From NCBI GenBank assembly GCA_964016885.1, contig OZ024743.1, positions 156,488,001 through 156,552,000 on the forward strand: a DNA stretch of 64,000 bases, in the 5' to 3' direction. The translations under genes and the position numbers were made by a program. Positions 12,805 through 27,049 of the stretch are shown here, piece after piece (within the stretch, counting starts at the first letter, position 1; every line of letters begins with the position of its first letter). The DNA comes from Eledone cirrhosa. Taxonomy: Eukaryota. The notes under the pieces are model-generated. The model saw only the letters and a list, made by a program, of their open reading frames with translations. It did not search any database and had not been told where the DNA came from.

Positions 12805-13192
12805 ATATATATATTATATATATATATTATATATATATTATATATATATATATATATAAGTGTGTGTGGGGTGGTGCATGTGTGTGCGTGGGGGGCATGT
12901 GTGGGGGGATGTAAAAGGTAAACAGAAATAACAACACAATCGGTACAGTATATGGAAGGAATATATTAGGTTAACGCTTGAAATAGCAGGAGGAGCGTCT
13001 TAACATTTCGGACGCTAGTCTTTCATCGGAAGAAAGAAGGAGAAATAAGATAGACTGAAGTGACGGGCGGGGTGGAGTTAGAAAAAATATCTTTAGATAA
13101 AAATAACAGGTCCATTCATGTTAACATCTCTTGGCAAACTTTTAATGCTGGCGTTTTGTGTATGATATATTTCTTTAGAAAAGTTGATGATG
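12470..13192. mobile_element. Tail-to-tail inverted pair of PLE pLTRs (12470-12750 +, 12909-13192 -) around (TA)n, same family as 31250-31535
   Basis: Shared CACAAAACGCC...GATGAAGGA.TAG.GTC.GAA...TTTCTGTTTA.CTTTTACAT; hammerhead-like cores at 12628-12663 (+) and 12998-13033 (-). Confidence 0.85.
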
Positions 13193-13312
13193 TAATACCT
13201 CTATCGGAAAGAAAAACGTTTTGTATAAACGTGCACGTGCGTATGTCTGTGTGAGCTCCGGCCGTTTCGACAGCTAGATAGAAGTAGTTCCACAGCAATT
13301 AATTCACCATTT

Positions 13313-13352
13313 CCGAGAACAATTGTTTCACCTTAGTTGATCATCAGCTCAG
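13313..13352 (-). ncRNA. Minimal type I hammerhead with intact core, PLE pLTR family of 47560-48780
   Basis: CTGAG-CTGATGA-TCAACTAAGGT-GAAA-CAATTGTT-CTCGG; stem I CTGAG/CTCGG, palindromic ACAATTGT; the flanking sequence matches 48704-48776. Confidence 0.75.
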
Positions 13353-13783
13353 TTTAATTGAGATTATCTTGAAAAGGAATTACAATTATGCGAATACGCA
13401 TGTGCGGAAGAAATCGCTTCCCGAAGGGGAATCAACTCACGTTACATTAATGAGAGAGAAAACTGTGAAAACTGAGAATATAATAGATTTGTTATGTTAT
13501 TCAGTCCAGTGAATACGTCGGGTAGTCAGTTTGGCGATTTGAAATTACGTATTAGGTATAGCGAACGTGTGGACAACGCGAGAAAAATGCATTCTACTGC
13601 CATGGCTTTAAAGAGGATGTTTCCATAATTGCAAACGAATCGAATATTATTAATATTTGAAAATCTCAGATTACATTTCTTGTATACAGCCATGTAGTGC
13701 GATAAACCATTTTTTTGGTTATATCTATCTATCGCTCTATCTCTCACTCTCTCTTTCTCTCTCTGCCTCCCCGCTCTTCCCCT

Positions 13784-13868
<85 letters not shown>

Positions 13869-14460
13869 TTTTCATAAAATTGTAGAATTCTCAGTGTGAA
13901 GAGTAACTGTAAACAGCTGAAGAAGATATATACAATAAACAGTCGGGTTAAGATACGACCACATATTTTAACCGGAGAGCATGAGAGAAGTGAGAGGGTT
14001 TAGGGAAAGAGAAGAGAAAAGTGGGAACGAGATCGATGGAGAACATTTGGAGAATTGCTAAAAGTAATAAAAATAATTGAGAAAGGATGTAAAATGTTAA
14101 CTAACAAGACGGATACAAATTTAACGTCCTGTGAATCATCAGCTTCCTTCTAGACACATTCGGTTTCATTCGGGAAGAGGAAAGACACTGAATATAAAAC
14201 TAGCCCGCACAACAGCACCTCAATTTCTGTCGTTCTGACGCTGGAGTACGGGAACAATAGAGTAGAGGGGCACGTCTATACCAAACCGTGTTCGGAAAAG
14301 AAGCCATCTGCTATTCTGACGGGGAACAGCAGCAGCAATGGGTGACAAGAAACCGGAAGTATTAGCAGCAGCAGTGGTAATCGCATGGTAAAGACACGCG
14401 AAGACGATATAGGGAAAAACATCATCGCTTCAAACTTTTTCAGTTAATGTATATATACAT

Positions 14461-14648
14461 AATTGTTTCTACTTTTGTCACAAGGCCAGCAATTATCCCC
14501 GAGCATTACTGGAACTTTATTTTATCGACCCCGTAAGGATGAAAGACAAAGTTAACCTCGGCCGGATTTGAACCCAGAACGTAAAGGGCCATACCCCTAT
14601 GCTATAAAGCATGGTGTCTGACGCTCTACAGATACTGCCAATTCACCT
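14461..14648 (-). mobile_element. tRNA-derived SINE, family A (Meta-like central domain)
   Basis: B-box GGTTCAAATCC, then CTTTCATCCTTACGGGGTCGATAAAATAAAGTTCCAGT; near match to 63228-63392. Confidence 0.85.
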
Positions 14649-15650
14649 ATACATGATGTTAACGATGTTGGCTTTCTAAATTGAACGGATACATTGCCAG
14701 AAACAGGTAAATATTTACATATTTATATATCTCCCCATTCTTTCTCCGCCGGCCTGTATCTATCTATTTTTGTTTCACACGTTATTGCCTCTAAAATCTT
14801 ATTAACCCTGACGTACCTTAAATCCTTTAATGCACCTGATATCGGTAAGGACAGACAATGTACTTAATGATCATATCTTTCTACTTTTATTTATTCTTAT
14901 GTTTAACACCATGTAATATCTTATATCTTGATTATTTAAAGCGAAACTGAATACTGAATTTTATATTGCTATTGAGGTGTTTAAGCATAAACACTTTGTC
15001 GAATGAGGATTATCATCACTCAATGTGGTGTAAGAATGCGATGACAGAGAGGCATAGATGCAGCAGAGATGTTGTCAATATTATATCGTAGAAACTACTC
15101 TTCCAATAGCCATAATTCATTTGTCAAATTCTCAAAGTTGTTATTCCAACGAAATACCCCATAAAGTGTCCATCGTAATAATTAATAATCTAGAAAGGAA
15201 TTATAACTGAAACATGTTCCAATATACTTGATAACCAAGCGTGATACTTATTTATAGTAAACAACATTCTCTCGTTAATATTAATGAAGTTCGGAAACAT
15301 TTCAAAGTAACAACACTTAGACGTATCGCATTAAATACAGACATTTTCAGATTGTTGACCGACTGGAAAACATTTCATATGTCATACAAAGTTGATTACA
15401 CCTGCTTACAAAATCTTAGGCGTTAAAAAGTAAGTAGAGAAAATAATAAATTTGATGATCATCAAAGATAATTTTCCAAAGATTCAATTGATCAATATGA
15501 TAGCGTAACTATAACAAGATTGATGGGGATAATGTCCTCAGATATAAAGATAATTTACCGAGAGGTAAGATACAAATGATATTATTCTTAGGCATACACA
15601 TTAAGATTTTACTACATAATAAATGCTGTTTGATTCACCAAATATTTAGA

Positions 15651-15700
<50 letters not shown>

Positions 15701-16439
15701 GTATATATGTGTTTGTGTGTGGGGTGTGTGTGTGTATAAGTGTGTGTGTGTGCGTGTGTGTGTGTGTGTGCGTGTGAGTGTGTGTGTGTGTATGTATCTA
15801 TATATTTAAGTGTAAGTGTAGCATTAATTTAGCGGGGTTCAAACTAAAACCATATTTTTTCCCATATGCATTATGCTTATGTATAAATAACATACACTTA
15901 TACAGCATATATTCTGATCACCAGTAACCTGATGCAATTTGTAATTAGTATTACCTTCTTAAACTTGCATTAGAAATAAACTTTCAACAAAATTGTTTGT
16001 TTATAAGATCTATTAGAAAATATTGTCTCCTCGTAACTGTTGCTGATGACAGCAACAAACCTTGAAATGCATTATTCAGCACTTACATGAGTCTAATGCG
16101 TTTAGAGTGATATGATCGCAGCGTGGATATATTTACGATTATTACATATAAATATATTATATACGAATTCATAGATTTGTTTATTTTGAACCACTCTGCG
16201 TTTGTGATATCCCTAATATTCCCGCATAAAAACTCGGTGCTTCAACATTAAGAGTTCCCATCTCTCGTTCTACGTGAGATGGGAACTCTTAATGTTGAAG
16301 CAGCGAGCAGACTTTTAAAGTGGTTCCGAAACAAAACACCACACATATGGAGGTGGGAGCACTACCTCAAATATACTCGGAAGATAAATAAACCTTTTCT
16401 CTCATTATCAATCAGCCAACATTGCCTTCTTAAGAGTAT

Positions 16440-18320
16440 GTTGCAAAAATGCTCGTGGCCTGGGGGCGTCAGGTATGCAGTGTCACTTGCAGAACTGACG
16501 CCCCCATAGGTGTGTCGAAAAGCCTCGAAATTGAGGCGGTCGGCATCTACTTTAAGGAATATTTAAGATTGATGGGAGCAAAACTGAAGTCGGTAGGCTT
16601 CCAAATCGGTACATTGAGGGACAAATATATGCCGTCCCAGGGCATCATCTGACGCTGGACGGAGAACCAAGGTGTTAGCGGTGAGATGAGTGCATAATGT
16701 CGGGAATGACATTCGAAACAGATCCAGCCATGACAATCTTCACCTCATGCAATTCATAATGGAGAGGGTAGCTAAAGGACCTGGCATAGGTGAGGCCTTG
16801 GTCAATTTAGATCAGTCGGAGGCTTTCGGTAGGAGCGACCATCTGTATACGGTGGTGGCCATTTATGCACGTCTTCAGAGGCCTGAATGATACCATGCAC
16901 AGCCACATCTGCAATGTAGTGAGGAGGAACGATAACCTTTCAGAACCGTTCAACATCATGCGCTTAGCCTATCAAGTATGGCACCTCATGTCCCTGAAGC
17001 ATGTATTGACTCTCGAGCAATTACAGCACAAACTGGATACGTTGAAAGGCAGATCACGTGAACTGGGATGGGGGATCTGAGTGAGATTAGGTGGACGACG
17101 TCACCGTAGTGGTGTCGAGCTCCAAATATATTGAGGCGACAGGCACTTCTCTAAGTGAATATAAGGCGGGGCAGGAGCAATGATTAAACATGAACCGTCG
17201 GTGCGCATGCGCCTTGGCAGCCGGTGAGGCAGGTCCAGACTGTCCAATAACGTCGTCGGGCGCTGGACCGTCGGGCCAATGAAATTGCTAGGGCTCTTCT
17301 TTTGTCCGAACCTCCTGACGGACAAAACCTGAGACGAGGTGACGAGCTGGGTGGCCTCTCTCACCAAGAATCGTGCCAAGAAAAATCTATTCCTGAAAGG
17401 TCAGGTGAAGATGGGTAACACGTACATCGCGTCCGTCATCTACTGTCAACTGTCTGTCTAACCATTCTCCTAATCCTTGGCTGAGTGCACTGGAGCGTTC
17501 GCTCTTTAGCTACTTGTAGAAGACACGTGCTCCCAGTGTTATATGATATATCTGTTTTCAATACCCACTAGGTGGATGGCTATGTACACCGTTGTTAATG
17601 ATGTGCAGACATGCTCTGAGGCTTCGACATCTCCAGCTTTTTCTTTGCGGTAAACAGTTGTGGGTACCGTTTGCTAAACGCGCTTTCCCCAGCTCGTCTC
17701 CACCTCAGAGTTACAGTCCTGGGTCAAGCGAAGACCGAGTGGGAATATAGGAATGTCTTCAGACACTCTCAGCCAACCGGACACTACGATCGGTGGAATC
17801 AGTACCTTGACGTTCTGTAGAAGGCTAGAGGAGGGTAAGAGCGACGATGTTTTGGGGAAACACAAGGCATCGATGAAAGTCAGCCTGCCAATCTTTGTTT
17901 TTGACCCCACTGCCTTCCTTTAGCCGGGAAGCGCAGATATTTTTTTATCCTCCTGTGAGTCATGGTGAAATAAGTTGTGTGATTAACACGTTTGAAATGG
18001 TTGAAGATAAGCGCTTACCTCTTCGGTGAAGCGCTGATTAACCTTTTCAAATTTCATTTGAAAAGGAAAATCAGCATATCGGTAAGAACTGGCTTGCTCT
18101 TAATATACAACTGCAGATTGGAAGTGTAAAACTGAGAGAGGGCACTTGTCCTTGGGGTCAGATTCTTTGTTGTTTTTGTGTGGGCTTTCTCGACGAGTGA
18201 CCCTCGGACGTCTCTCCTCTATTGATTTAATTTTTTGTTTCATCCTTTGATATTGTTTTTCATTTTTGCATGCATACAATTACGTTCATGTACCATTCGG
18301 TGCTTTCATTAATATAGTCA
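16440..18320 (+). mobile_element. Decayed Tx1/L1-clade LINE (RT, C-terminus, 3' UTR)
   Basis: NRSSHDNLHLMQFIMERV...ALVNLDQSEAFGRSDH; colinear with the reverse complement of 51900-53900, including the 3' UTR. Confidence 0.88.
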
Positions 18321-18369
18321 TTTTATTCATTTTTTTCAAATTTATTTTGTGGTTAATTAAGAAAACATT

Positions 18370-21350
18370 CTGATTCAAAAATGAGAAAACTCATCGCCAG
18401 GACAGTCGTTAAAGCAGCTAAATGCTGTCAAAGACACCGCTGGGAAAAATGCTTCACAATAGTTGCCAGTGGTCAACAGAGGAGCAATCCAGAAGGTGGG
18501 ACACAGGCAGATGAAATATAGAAAATATTGATAGAGGTAGAAGAAAAAGAAATGCGTTGGTACACAGAGGTAACTGGAAGAGGATATAATGAATGGCGAT
18601 GTACAAGACAAGTTTAAACATTTTGCTGGTTTGAGAACTCATGAGGGGAAGATGTGCGTCTAATATTTTCTGACACACACGTGGATGAAGATATATTCCT
18701 TTCCCGTCCGTTTCTTCAGACCTCGCTAAAACCGAAATTCGTCATGTGGTGATGTTGAAGAGAGAAAACCACTTCAAGCGCTTTGCGCATGTGGGAAGAG
18801 GAACACAGAGAGACAAGAAAAACTACTACAGAATATTAGCTAGAAGATGCCACGGGGTGTCAAATGTTTCCTTAATAAACAACAGACCAACACTAGAACC
18901 ACAGCAAAATCACAACTAAATAATCAAAAATACAAAAGACGCTATTAGGAAGAATGAAAGAATACAAAAATCAATAGAAGTGCAACAGCTAAGCACACAA
19001 TTATAATCCTCTTACATCAACTTCACTGTTGCCTGGAAGTACAGCATTGAGTTGATGGAGGAAATGATATACAATAACTATACACACACAAAATGAATAG
19101 AATTGACAAATTTCCGCCGAAACACATTCGGTCATATTACTGATGTAGACAAACACATAAACATATCAATTACAAAGGACCCAATTTCCTAAAGAAATCG
19201 GGTCTTTCATCATAAAACTAACAAAGAAAACATTACAAAAGCCTTTTGAGAACTCTGATGCAACAAACGAGAAAACTGAATCAAGCGATCTTCTTGGAGA
19301 AGGTGGGTGACCTCTACCGTTTCTTTTTTTTTCCACCAGACATGGCTATAATTAATGTAATAAGTAGAAATGTGTATGGTCTTCGTAACAGCTAGTTTGA
19401 AGGAACATTCGCTTATTACATGATCATAGGTTAATAGAAATAGTAGCCAGAAGTGAGACAGGAATTTCGAGAACGAGTGATTTCGCCCCTATTTTAGATA
19501 ACTACGAGATGTATTCAGATTGTGGCCAGTCAAGTTCGGGTAGCAGTGTAGAAGTGCTATTTCGAAAAGGTAGGAACGATCTTCCGGGAGGTAACTCTGT
19601 GTTTCCGGATGCAAACAGCAACAAAGGCAATGACTTCAGCCTAATGGCCGTCTATGTACAGATTGGCGCATGATAGCCTGATTTCTTTTAGTATTTAGCA
19701 GCTTTTCTGGAAAGGTTCCACTCACTAGTATTAGTGGGTTGCTTCTATTGTTTGGCGCCGACCCGTAGGACAACTGCCCCAAGTGCCAAATGGATATCCT
19801 GCCAATATAGACAGGAATTAAACAAAGTGGCTTTTTCATATTATTCATAGAGTTAATGTGATACCAACGGATAAATATTGCATAAAGTGTACACAATCTC
19901 AACTGATCGGTCTCCCAAACAACAAATTTATGGCTTGCACAGTTCACATAGAAAGGACAGAGGGGCTTGGTTATTGTAAACTGAACGCTTTTTTTCCCAA
20001 AACACAAAGACTATAGACACCGGATTAAAAGACAGTTGTCGAGGGCAATAAACAACAACTGGTTGTGGAGCATTCTAAAGAGGACAATCAAAATGGAGAG
20101 TCAGTAATGATTAGCAAATATGTAGCAATAGAGAAACATAGACTCGAGGGAGAGTTAGTAAGCAAATTAGAAGTGGTGATGAGGAAAAAGCAACGCGGCT
20201 GAGATGCTAGTAAAATATTGCGAAAGCATATGCTCCAAATCACGAAGTAATGAATGACATACAATGGGAGGCAAAAAGATGCGATAGTGCAATAACTGCA
20301 GCTGAGATATGACAGCCAATGATAGATTGGGCCAAAATTCTATCACCCAGTTTTACGAGTGTATGCCAGATATGTTCGGTGATATATTGCTGATGTCTAC
20401 CGGTAATGGCAGCAGAGCAAGAGCATTCTCAGTTCTGTGAGGCAAGGAGTGGTATAGCTGCGCAGACGAAATTTGAATAAAGGAGACATAAGGGAAACGC
20501 TCCTGCTTATAACATTTCCGAAGAGAGACTTTGAGATTATACCCAAAGTGTTAACGACTAGCTCAACGTTTTTAGTCTAAACTTTAGTCGGAGAAGCGCA
20601 AACAAATATGATCCTGAACAAATCTATCAACGACAACTTTCACCCTATGAAATACATCATATTTAATGTAGGGAGTAAACCTGGTTTCAGTGGGATATTG
20701 ATTAACTTGAATCAATCGAATATTCTTCATAGGTTCGACCACCGTTACTTAGCAGTCGGTTGTATTCTTGTTTTCCTGGCGGATCCATCTCAGTGATAAC
20801 ATTGAACAGTTTACTATCAGTGCCCGTTTCGAGCACTCGATTTGTAAGAAATATCAACACTCACCTGCTCCATATGCTGTAGCTTGCGAACCGCTTCACG
20901 AAGTTTAGAGCTGTTGAAGGGCAGCATTTTTTAGGTGTGATGCTGAAAATAAGTGTCGGCATATGCGGATAAGACCTCCATAGTTATGTCGGGCACAGCG
21001 GAATTGAAGGTGGTTGGCGCAGTTCTAAAGGAACATGTTGCGGTGGCAGGAACACAAATCATCCCGGACAAAGCAGTGGGCTCTCAGCAATTTCAGTCTA
21101 AATCTCCAGGTGAACAGTAACCGGTATCAACTTACGAGCTGGATGACAGGTCGCACTCAGAAAATAGCCGGAATGAAACTATGCCTGACGGGTCGATCGG
21201 AAATGACGATTGCTTACATCGTCTCTTTGGACATTTTCCGTCTGACTGTCACATATTGTGCTAGTATTTTTCTGATCAAATTGGAGCGTCTGCAATTTAC
21301 ATGATTGCTCAGATCTTTGGGGGAAACGTATTTTAATAGCTCTAACTTGT
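18370..21350 (+). mobile_element. Older, heavily decayed Tx1/L1-type LINE (ORF1 remnant, APE from ~19342, RT ~20500-21300)
   Basis: MAIINVISRNVYGLR (APE start); NKSINDNFHPMKYI...ILINLNQS...RFDHRYL; KLCLTGRSE. Confidence 0.75.
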
Positions 21351-21399
21351 TCTGATTTTTTTTTCAAATAAATGATGAATGATATCATGCTATCTCAGA

Positions 21400-22170
21400 A
21401 GATAAAAGGCCTGCTGTAATCGGTGCCTTAAAGTGAGAGCAAGAGCATAGAGCGTTAGAGAGTGTTTGTTTCCTGAAACCAGCACTCTCATTTGTCGTTA
21501 AAGTTCGCAAAGAGCTGTAAATCGCTGACGGAGATTCTATAGCAATAGCCAAAGGCATAACGCATGCTAAGTGTCATATTACCGTCAGAAAACTTAATGT
21601 TTATGGAAGATGAAGCAAATTATCGATAAGATCTCATTCAAATAGAGCTCAAGTTTTCAAGGTACACTTTCAGACAAATGTCTATGAGGAACCTCAATAC
21701 AAGAGACATGAACGGTGAGGGATGAGTTATTGCCTGCAAAGACAAACGATAACTGATTAATCAGTGTAAAATGCTTATTGAACAATTTGAAAAATCAAGA
21801 GCTTGGAAAGTTTTGTATTTTTTTTTTTTGCTGATGAGAAAACTCTGATCAAGACGAAATGTTAACCGAATGGATTGCAGATGTTTTTGCAGAGAACCTA
21901 AATGCATTCCAGTGGTCACGCACACAAGGCTTTCGGGAACTGTGATGGATCTGGGAAAGATGAGTCAATACTGCTATGAATGCTTTGGAGAGAGCTTTGA
22001 GGACCTGGATAGAGATCGTGGGCAAAGACAAACCGCAAAAAACTCTGTGCCGTCTCATATGACCATGATAACCCACAATGAATTATTGTCTTCACAATAA
22101 AATTACTCCAAACATATAACAACCTACCGCTCCAGTGATTAATCCATTAGACTACTACGTTTTGCCAAGA
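21400..22170 (+). mobile_element. Tc1/mariner transposase remnant
   Basis: FFADEK, CIPVVTHTRLSGTVM and NPLDYYV (from SPDLNPLDY) in the expected order. Confidence 0.75.
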
Positions 22171-22184
22171 GGCTTATTATGGTT

Positions 22185-22380
22185 TCATAGACCAAGAAAG
22201 GCCAAATGAATGCGCTCTGCAGGACCTGTTGCAGAACGTTTTTCAGGTGTATGGGATCGATGGAGAGCATCTCGTTGCCTCGATGTCTCCATTGAAATGC
22301 TCAAGTAATTGTGTTCGGAAAAACAGCATTGAGTCGAAACAATTAAATATGGGTGTCGGACTCGACCAGGGGGCGCGTAC
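22185..22380 (+). mobile_element. RTE-like RT fragment
   Basis: QVYGIDG...SNCVRKNSIESKQLNMGVGLDQG, resembling GVGLRQG. Confidence 0.65.
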
Positions 22381-22439
22381 TGTAACATGTTATGTACATA
22401 ATATTCATGACAAGCATTGACATGCGCAACTGTTATTGA

Positions 22440-22494
22440 AGAAGAAGAAGAAGAAGAAGAAGAAGAAGAAGAAGAAGAAGAAGAAGAAGAAGAA
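22440..22494. repeat. (GAA)n microsatellite
   Basis: Seen directly. Confidence 0.95.
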
Positions 22495-22779
22495 ATCCCC
22501 TAACTAACTGTAATACATCTATTTATTTCATATAAAGTAATATCAAATCCAAAGACTATAAATTTGGGAAACTGATAGGACAAATATTGGGAAATATATT
22601 CAAGTTGTATCCGGACATTGCCCTGCTTAACATGCTGAGGCATATTCAGTACCATATCTAATGTAGTTTTGGTATTGAGAGTTTTGTTATTGTTGTTTTG
22701 ATGCGAATCTTGCTGCTGTTGCTGTTACTACTACTGGACAACTCTAATTGATGTAACCTATACCATCATTGTGAAGACG

Positions 22780-22980
22780 TTTGGCTGGGGTTCGGTCGAG
22801 AATTGGATAGGCAATCGTGAGGTTGTGAGTTTGATCTTCGGACCAAGCCATATGTTATGTCCGTGAGCAAAACACTTTATTTCACGTTGCTCCTTCTTCC
22901 AGGATTTGAGAACACTAAATGGCATTAGTAATTGGAAAGACTAATAGAAACACTGTTTCCTCGGTACAATTTGGCGAGCT
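22780..22980 (+). mobile_element. tRNA-derived CORE-type SINE, family B
   Basis: CAATCGTGAGGTTGTGAGTTTGAT...TGTCCGTGAGCAAAACACTTTATTTCACGTTGCTCC; matches 29970 and 62120. Confidence 0.8.
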
Positions 22981-24510
22981 CCACTCCACTCATTAAGTGA
23001 ATGAGGTCCGGGATCTTGTCGATCGACTTTTAAATACCATGCATTTCAATGATCAAATAATCGGTTTACCTCGATGGAGCCAGCACGCAACTGATGATTA
23101 TACGAAGTTTTGAGAGAGATTTACTTGCTATTTCTATCGGGTGCAGTGCTGACGCTGTAGTTGCTTCAATTATTTGGTATGCATAATTTCATGTTTAGGT
23201 TTGTAGTGTATGATGTTTCTACTTTTTTTTTATCAATAAATGTATTTCTAACGCAGCACATTTTCGAGGCAAATAAGAGCAATTATTTTCCTGCTACCTT
23301 TCTATTTCTATGTTCCATGAAATTGCCTGGATTGAAGTGGTAATTATCATACAGACTTATTTAACATAATTATAGGGCGGGTATTATAGTCGTTCTTATC
23401 TCTTTCAACATGATTCTAAATATAGTGGCAATGACTGTGGTTTTTGGATCTCATTACACACATAAACTTTATATCAATTGCATACCCATGTGGTGCTGCT
23501 CGTATATTTCTGTATTGAACTTGTTTCATTTTATAGATGAAAATGTGTGTGGGATGCATTTGATGATCGAAAGTGTCATATTTATTAATTGGAACTATTT
23601 CGTGAGGAGTATGTGGAAGTTCAAAGCGAAACTGACGTTGACCGCGGTGAATATAATATGTCGTTTGTATAAACATGATTTTTTTATATAAGCCATATTT
23701 AGAAATATTTGTGGCATTTGGCATGTTATTTACAATTTACATTTATATAACATATATGATGGGAGTGTTCTAGACGCATTGTAGCTAATATCTAGTACAT
23801 TTGACGTTTTGGTATGTAGTGTGTTTATGCATATGAATATAAAGGTTGTTCGTATTTGATGTTCTTAGGCATTGCTGGTAAGAAATAATCTGGTTGATTG
23901 ATAATATTTCTAGGTAGTTGCTCTCGTATTTAATTTGTGCATCTAAAGGCGTGGTTAAGTTCATCAGCAGTGATGGCAACTGCGATAAAAAATATTAATT
24001 CCGGTATGCTGCTAGCTAAAGGTTGTTGTAACAATATTGTGTCAGTATTTTCTCAGACTATTCCGTAATTATAAATTATATTTGTTGCATCGTTTATCTG
24101 CTATGGTGTAGTCACCACAAATCCTGACATTAGAAAACCCTTGTGTATATATGTGGGTATCTATGTGAGGGTATATCTATGTATGTTGGTTTGTGTACGT
24201 GTACGTGCGTGCATATCTGGGTCCGTGTGTATATGTTTGTGGCTAAAACCGGATATTTAAACAATCAGAAATATACACTTTGAAATATAAAGTTAAAAAT
24301 AAAAATGTGTTACACATACCTAATATTCCAGAATATCGAAACAATATTTATTAAAACTGAATAAGGAAATGTTGGAGATTATCGGATTAAATGCCTGGTA
24401 GATTTTATGTTGTTTTTCTGTCCTAAATAAATAAAATTAACGTTATGTGAACATTGAAGAAATAATTACCAATTGCAACTCGATGTTAATTATACACTCA
24501 CACACACGCG

Positions 24511-24567
<57 letters not shown>

Positions 24568-24569
<2 letters not shown>

Positions 24570-24759
24570 CGAAGGAGGTGTGGTAAGGAACGAGATTGAC
24601 CAAAACGCACCAGAGTACTTAGGGTAGTAGAGTGGGTGATAGGAAAATGTTTAACCCCCACGGCAGAGTTCAGGCCGTTTCGACGGCTATTTCTGGACTA
24701 GTCCATAAATAGTCGTCGAAACGGCCTGAGCTCTGCCGTCGGGGTTAAACATTTTCCTA
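24568..24759 (+). mobile_element. Fold-back element, copy 5
   Basis: Between (TA)n tracts; arms GGAAAATGTTTAACCCC.../...GGGGTTAAACATTTTCC; loopless centre GGACT|AGTCC. Confidence 0.88.
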
Positions 24760-26074
24760 TATATATATATATATATTTCTGTACCCTTTAAATTCAATAT
24801 TTAGAAACATATACTGTCACAACTTATCCGAATAGTTTATAAATCTGGTTAGTGAAGTATGAATAACGTAATTCTAATAAAATGGAATTTCCCACGTGAT
24901 TCCCATTAATACATCAAACTTGATTTATGTCAGGAATTTTAACTCTGTTTTGTTATCTTTTACATCCTGTTCGAAATGTAACATAGATTATTTCATTTTC
25001 GACGTTTTATTTTGATATTTGATTTTTTACGTTTCCTTCTAAATTTCATACGTAGTGTAAAGATTGTTGTATTAAATAACAAGCTGGCAATTAACAATTT
25101 TATACGGCTGCAACAGTGACATCAATATACACTTTGAGCAGAATCCTGCTATGAATAGCGAAATTTATATTAAACATCTCGGACATATTGATAAAATTAG
25201 ACCCTCTGCTACCTCTACAATCTTCTATACAGACACCACGGAGCTTGAATTTAGTGTATTTATCTCATAATAGTTGATATAAATATGTTATATATTGCAA
25301 CACACTTATCTACACTGAAATACATTTATATCGGTAAATTATGATGACCTGATCCATTAGTTAGGTAAACCAACTGGGCATGACTGATCACAATGTTGTG
25401 TGACATAAATATATCTTTATTGCACTACAGAATATAGTGTGAAAGGTTAAGTTGTAAATGTACCTGATGGATTATATTTTAGTATACATTAGATTATTTT
25501 TGTTACAATATCGATATGTAAGCTTGGTCTAACATGATTTATATTTCTCTGGTTTAGCCGTGCAACGATTTATTCTGGCTAGATTGAATTACAACTTTCC
25601 AAACATCAGAACTATAATTTCTTCATGCTTACGTACTAAGAAATATGTGCATATGTGTCAGCTGATTGGGTAGGTTTCTGAACATATAGACTTATCGGTA
25701 AAGATTTCACAACACTGCGATATGTTGTTTAATTTGGGAAAAGCGCAGTTATCGGAGGTAATCAGACTAAAAGGGAAATAATTATGTAAACTTTGATTGA
25801 CTGGAATTAAAAAAAAAACTAGGCCTCTGTTCTTCATCATATCACGTAAGATAAAGTTTATTTTATAGTCTTGCGTTTTGTTTTTGCCTAGACATGACGA
25901 ACTTATGAATTATCAAAAGAGGCAGAATTGGTCAATGGGACCAGTGTTTGAAGATATGATAGAAAGACACATTTTAAAAGTTCTAGATATTGTAAATGAC
26001 AAATTGACCCTAAACCTCTGATAAAAAGAGTATTTTGCTTTTCGGCATTTAATCACGCAAATACATACACAATG

Positions 26075-27000
26075 GCATCCGTAGCCGCTCTTCTTCCCCC
26101 CTCCAGGATACCTTCGCTGCTCCAGGCCTGGCTGCCACACCTGTCCCCATATCACCAACACCACCACATTCCAGGATCCCAACTGCCACTCTATCTCCGT
26201 CCGGCACGCCTCCGCTGCACCTCCTCCAACCTCGTTTACGGACTTCGCTGCACGGAGAGCAGCGCCACCTACGTCGGACGCACTGGACGTCACCTGGCAG
26301 ATCAGTTCACGGAGCAGCCCCGCGATATTCGTCTCGGCGGGAGTTTCCCCATCGTCCGCCACTTTGGCTCCCCTGGTCATTCCGCCCACCACCTCACAAT
26401 CTGTGCCCTGATCCTATGCCATGGGAAACCCGCCTCCCGGTCGAACACACACCATCTTCCCCCTACAGACACACACACCTCCCGGCATGAGCTTCCCACC
26501 ATTATACCGTTAGCCTTCGAACGAAAACACACACACACAAACATCCCCCGCTAACACCATTAACACACTCCTCAACATCACCGCACCCATCACCTTGGCC
26601 TACCCCACAACTAATAATACTAACGTTACACACCGATACACACACCCACTCCACACACCCAACCACCACTAGCCTCCACTTATACACCCGCATTCAACCC
26701 CCCTCCCCACCACCAGTATTACTAACACCCTCTCTACCACACACGCACTCATATTCAAACACGCACACACACACAAAAGTACACAACACTCCCTTCTCCG
26801 TCCCCAACACCATTTCTCTCCCTCTCTCTCTCCGCGCTCCAGCTACACCCCTCACACACACTTTCCACTAACACCTCCATTAATATACACACCATGCCCC
26901 CACACCACCACCTTCTCCCTCCACCTTTCACAGCTACCCATCTTATCCCCTGTACACCGCATTTCCGCACACAGACACACAATCCACACCACATACAGAC
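26075..27000 (+). mobile_element. PLE GIY-YIG fragment plus AC-rich 3' region
   Basis: CTSSNLVYGLRCTESSATYVGRTGRHLADQFTEQ...PIVRHF...GH. Confidence 0.88.
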
Positions 27001-27049
27001 CCTTTCTTTACCTGTCATCCTCCTCTACTGCTATGTCTTCACCCTGCCT

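Noticed and set aside
13380-14400. Promoter-like motifs (CGCATGTGCG, CCGGAAGT)
   Set aside because: Short motifs with no linked gene or start site; not supportable.
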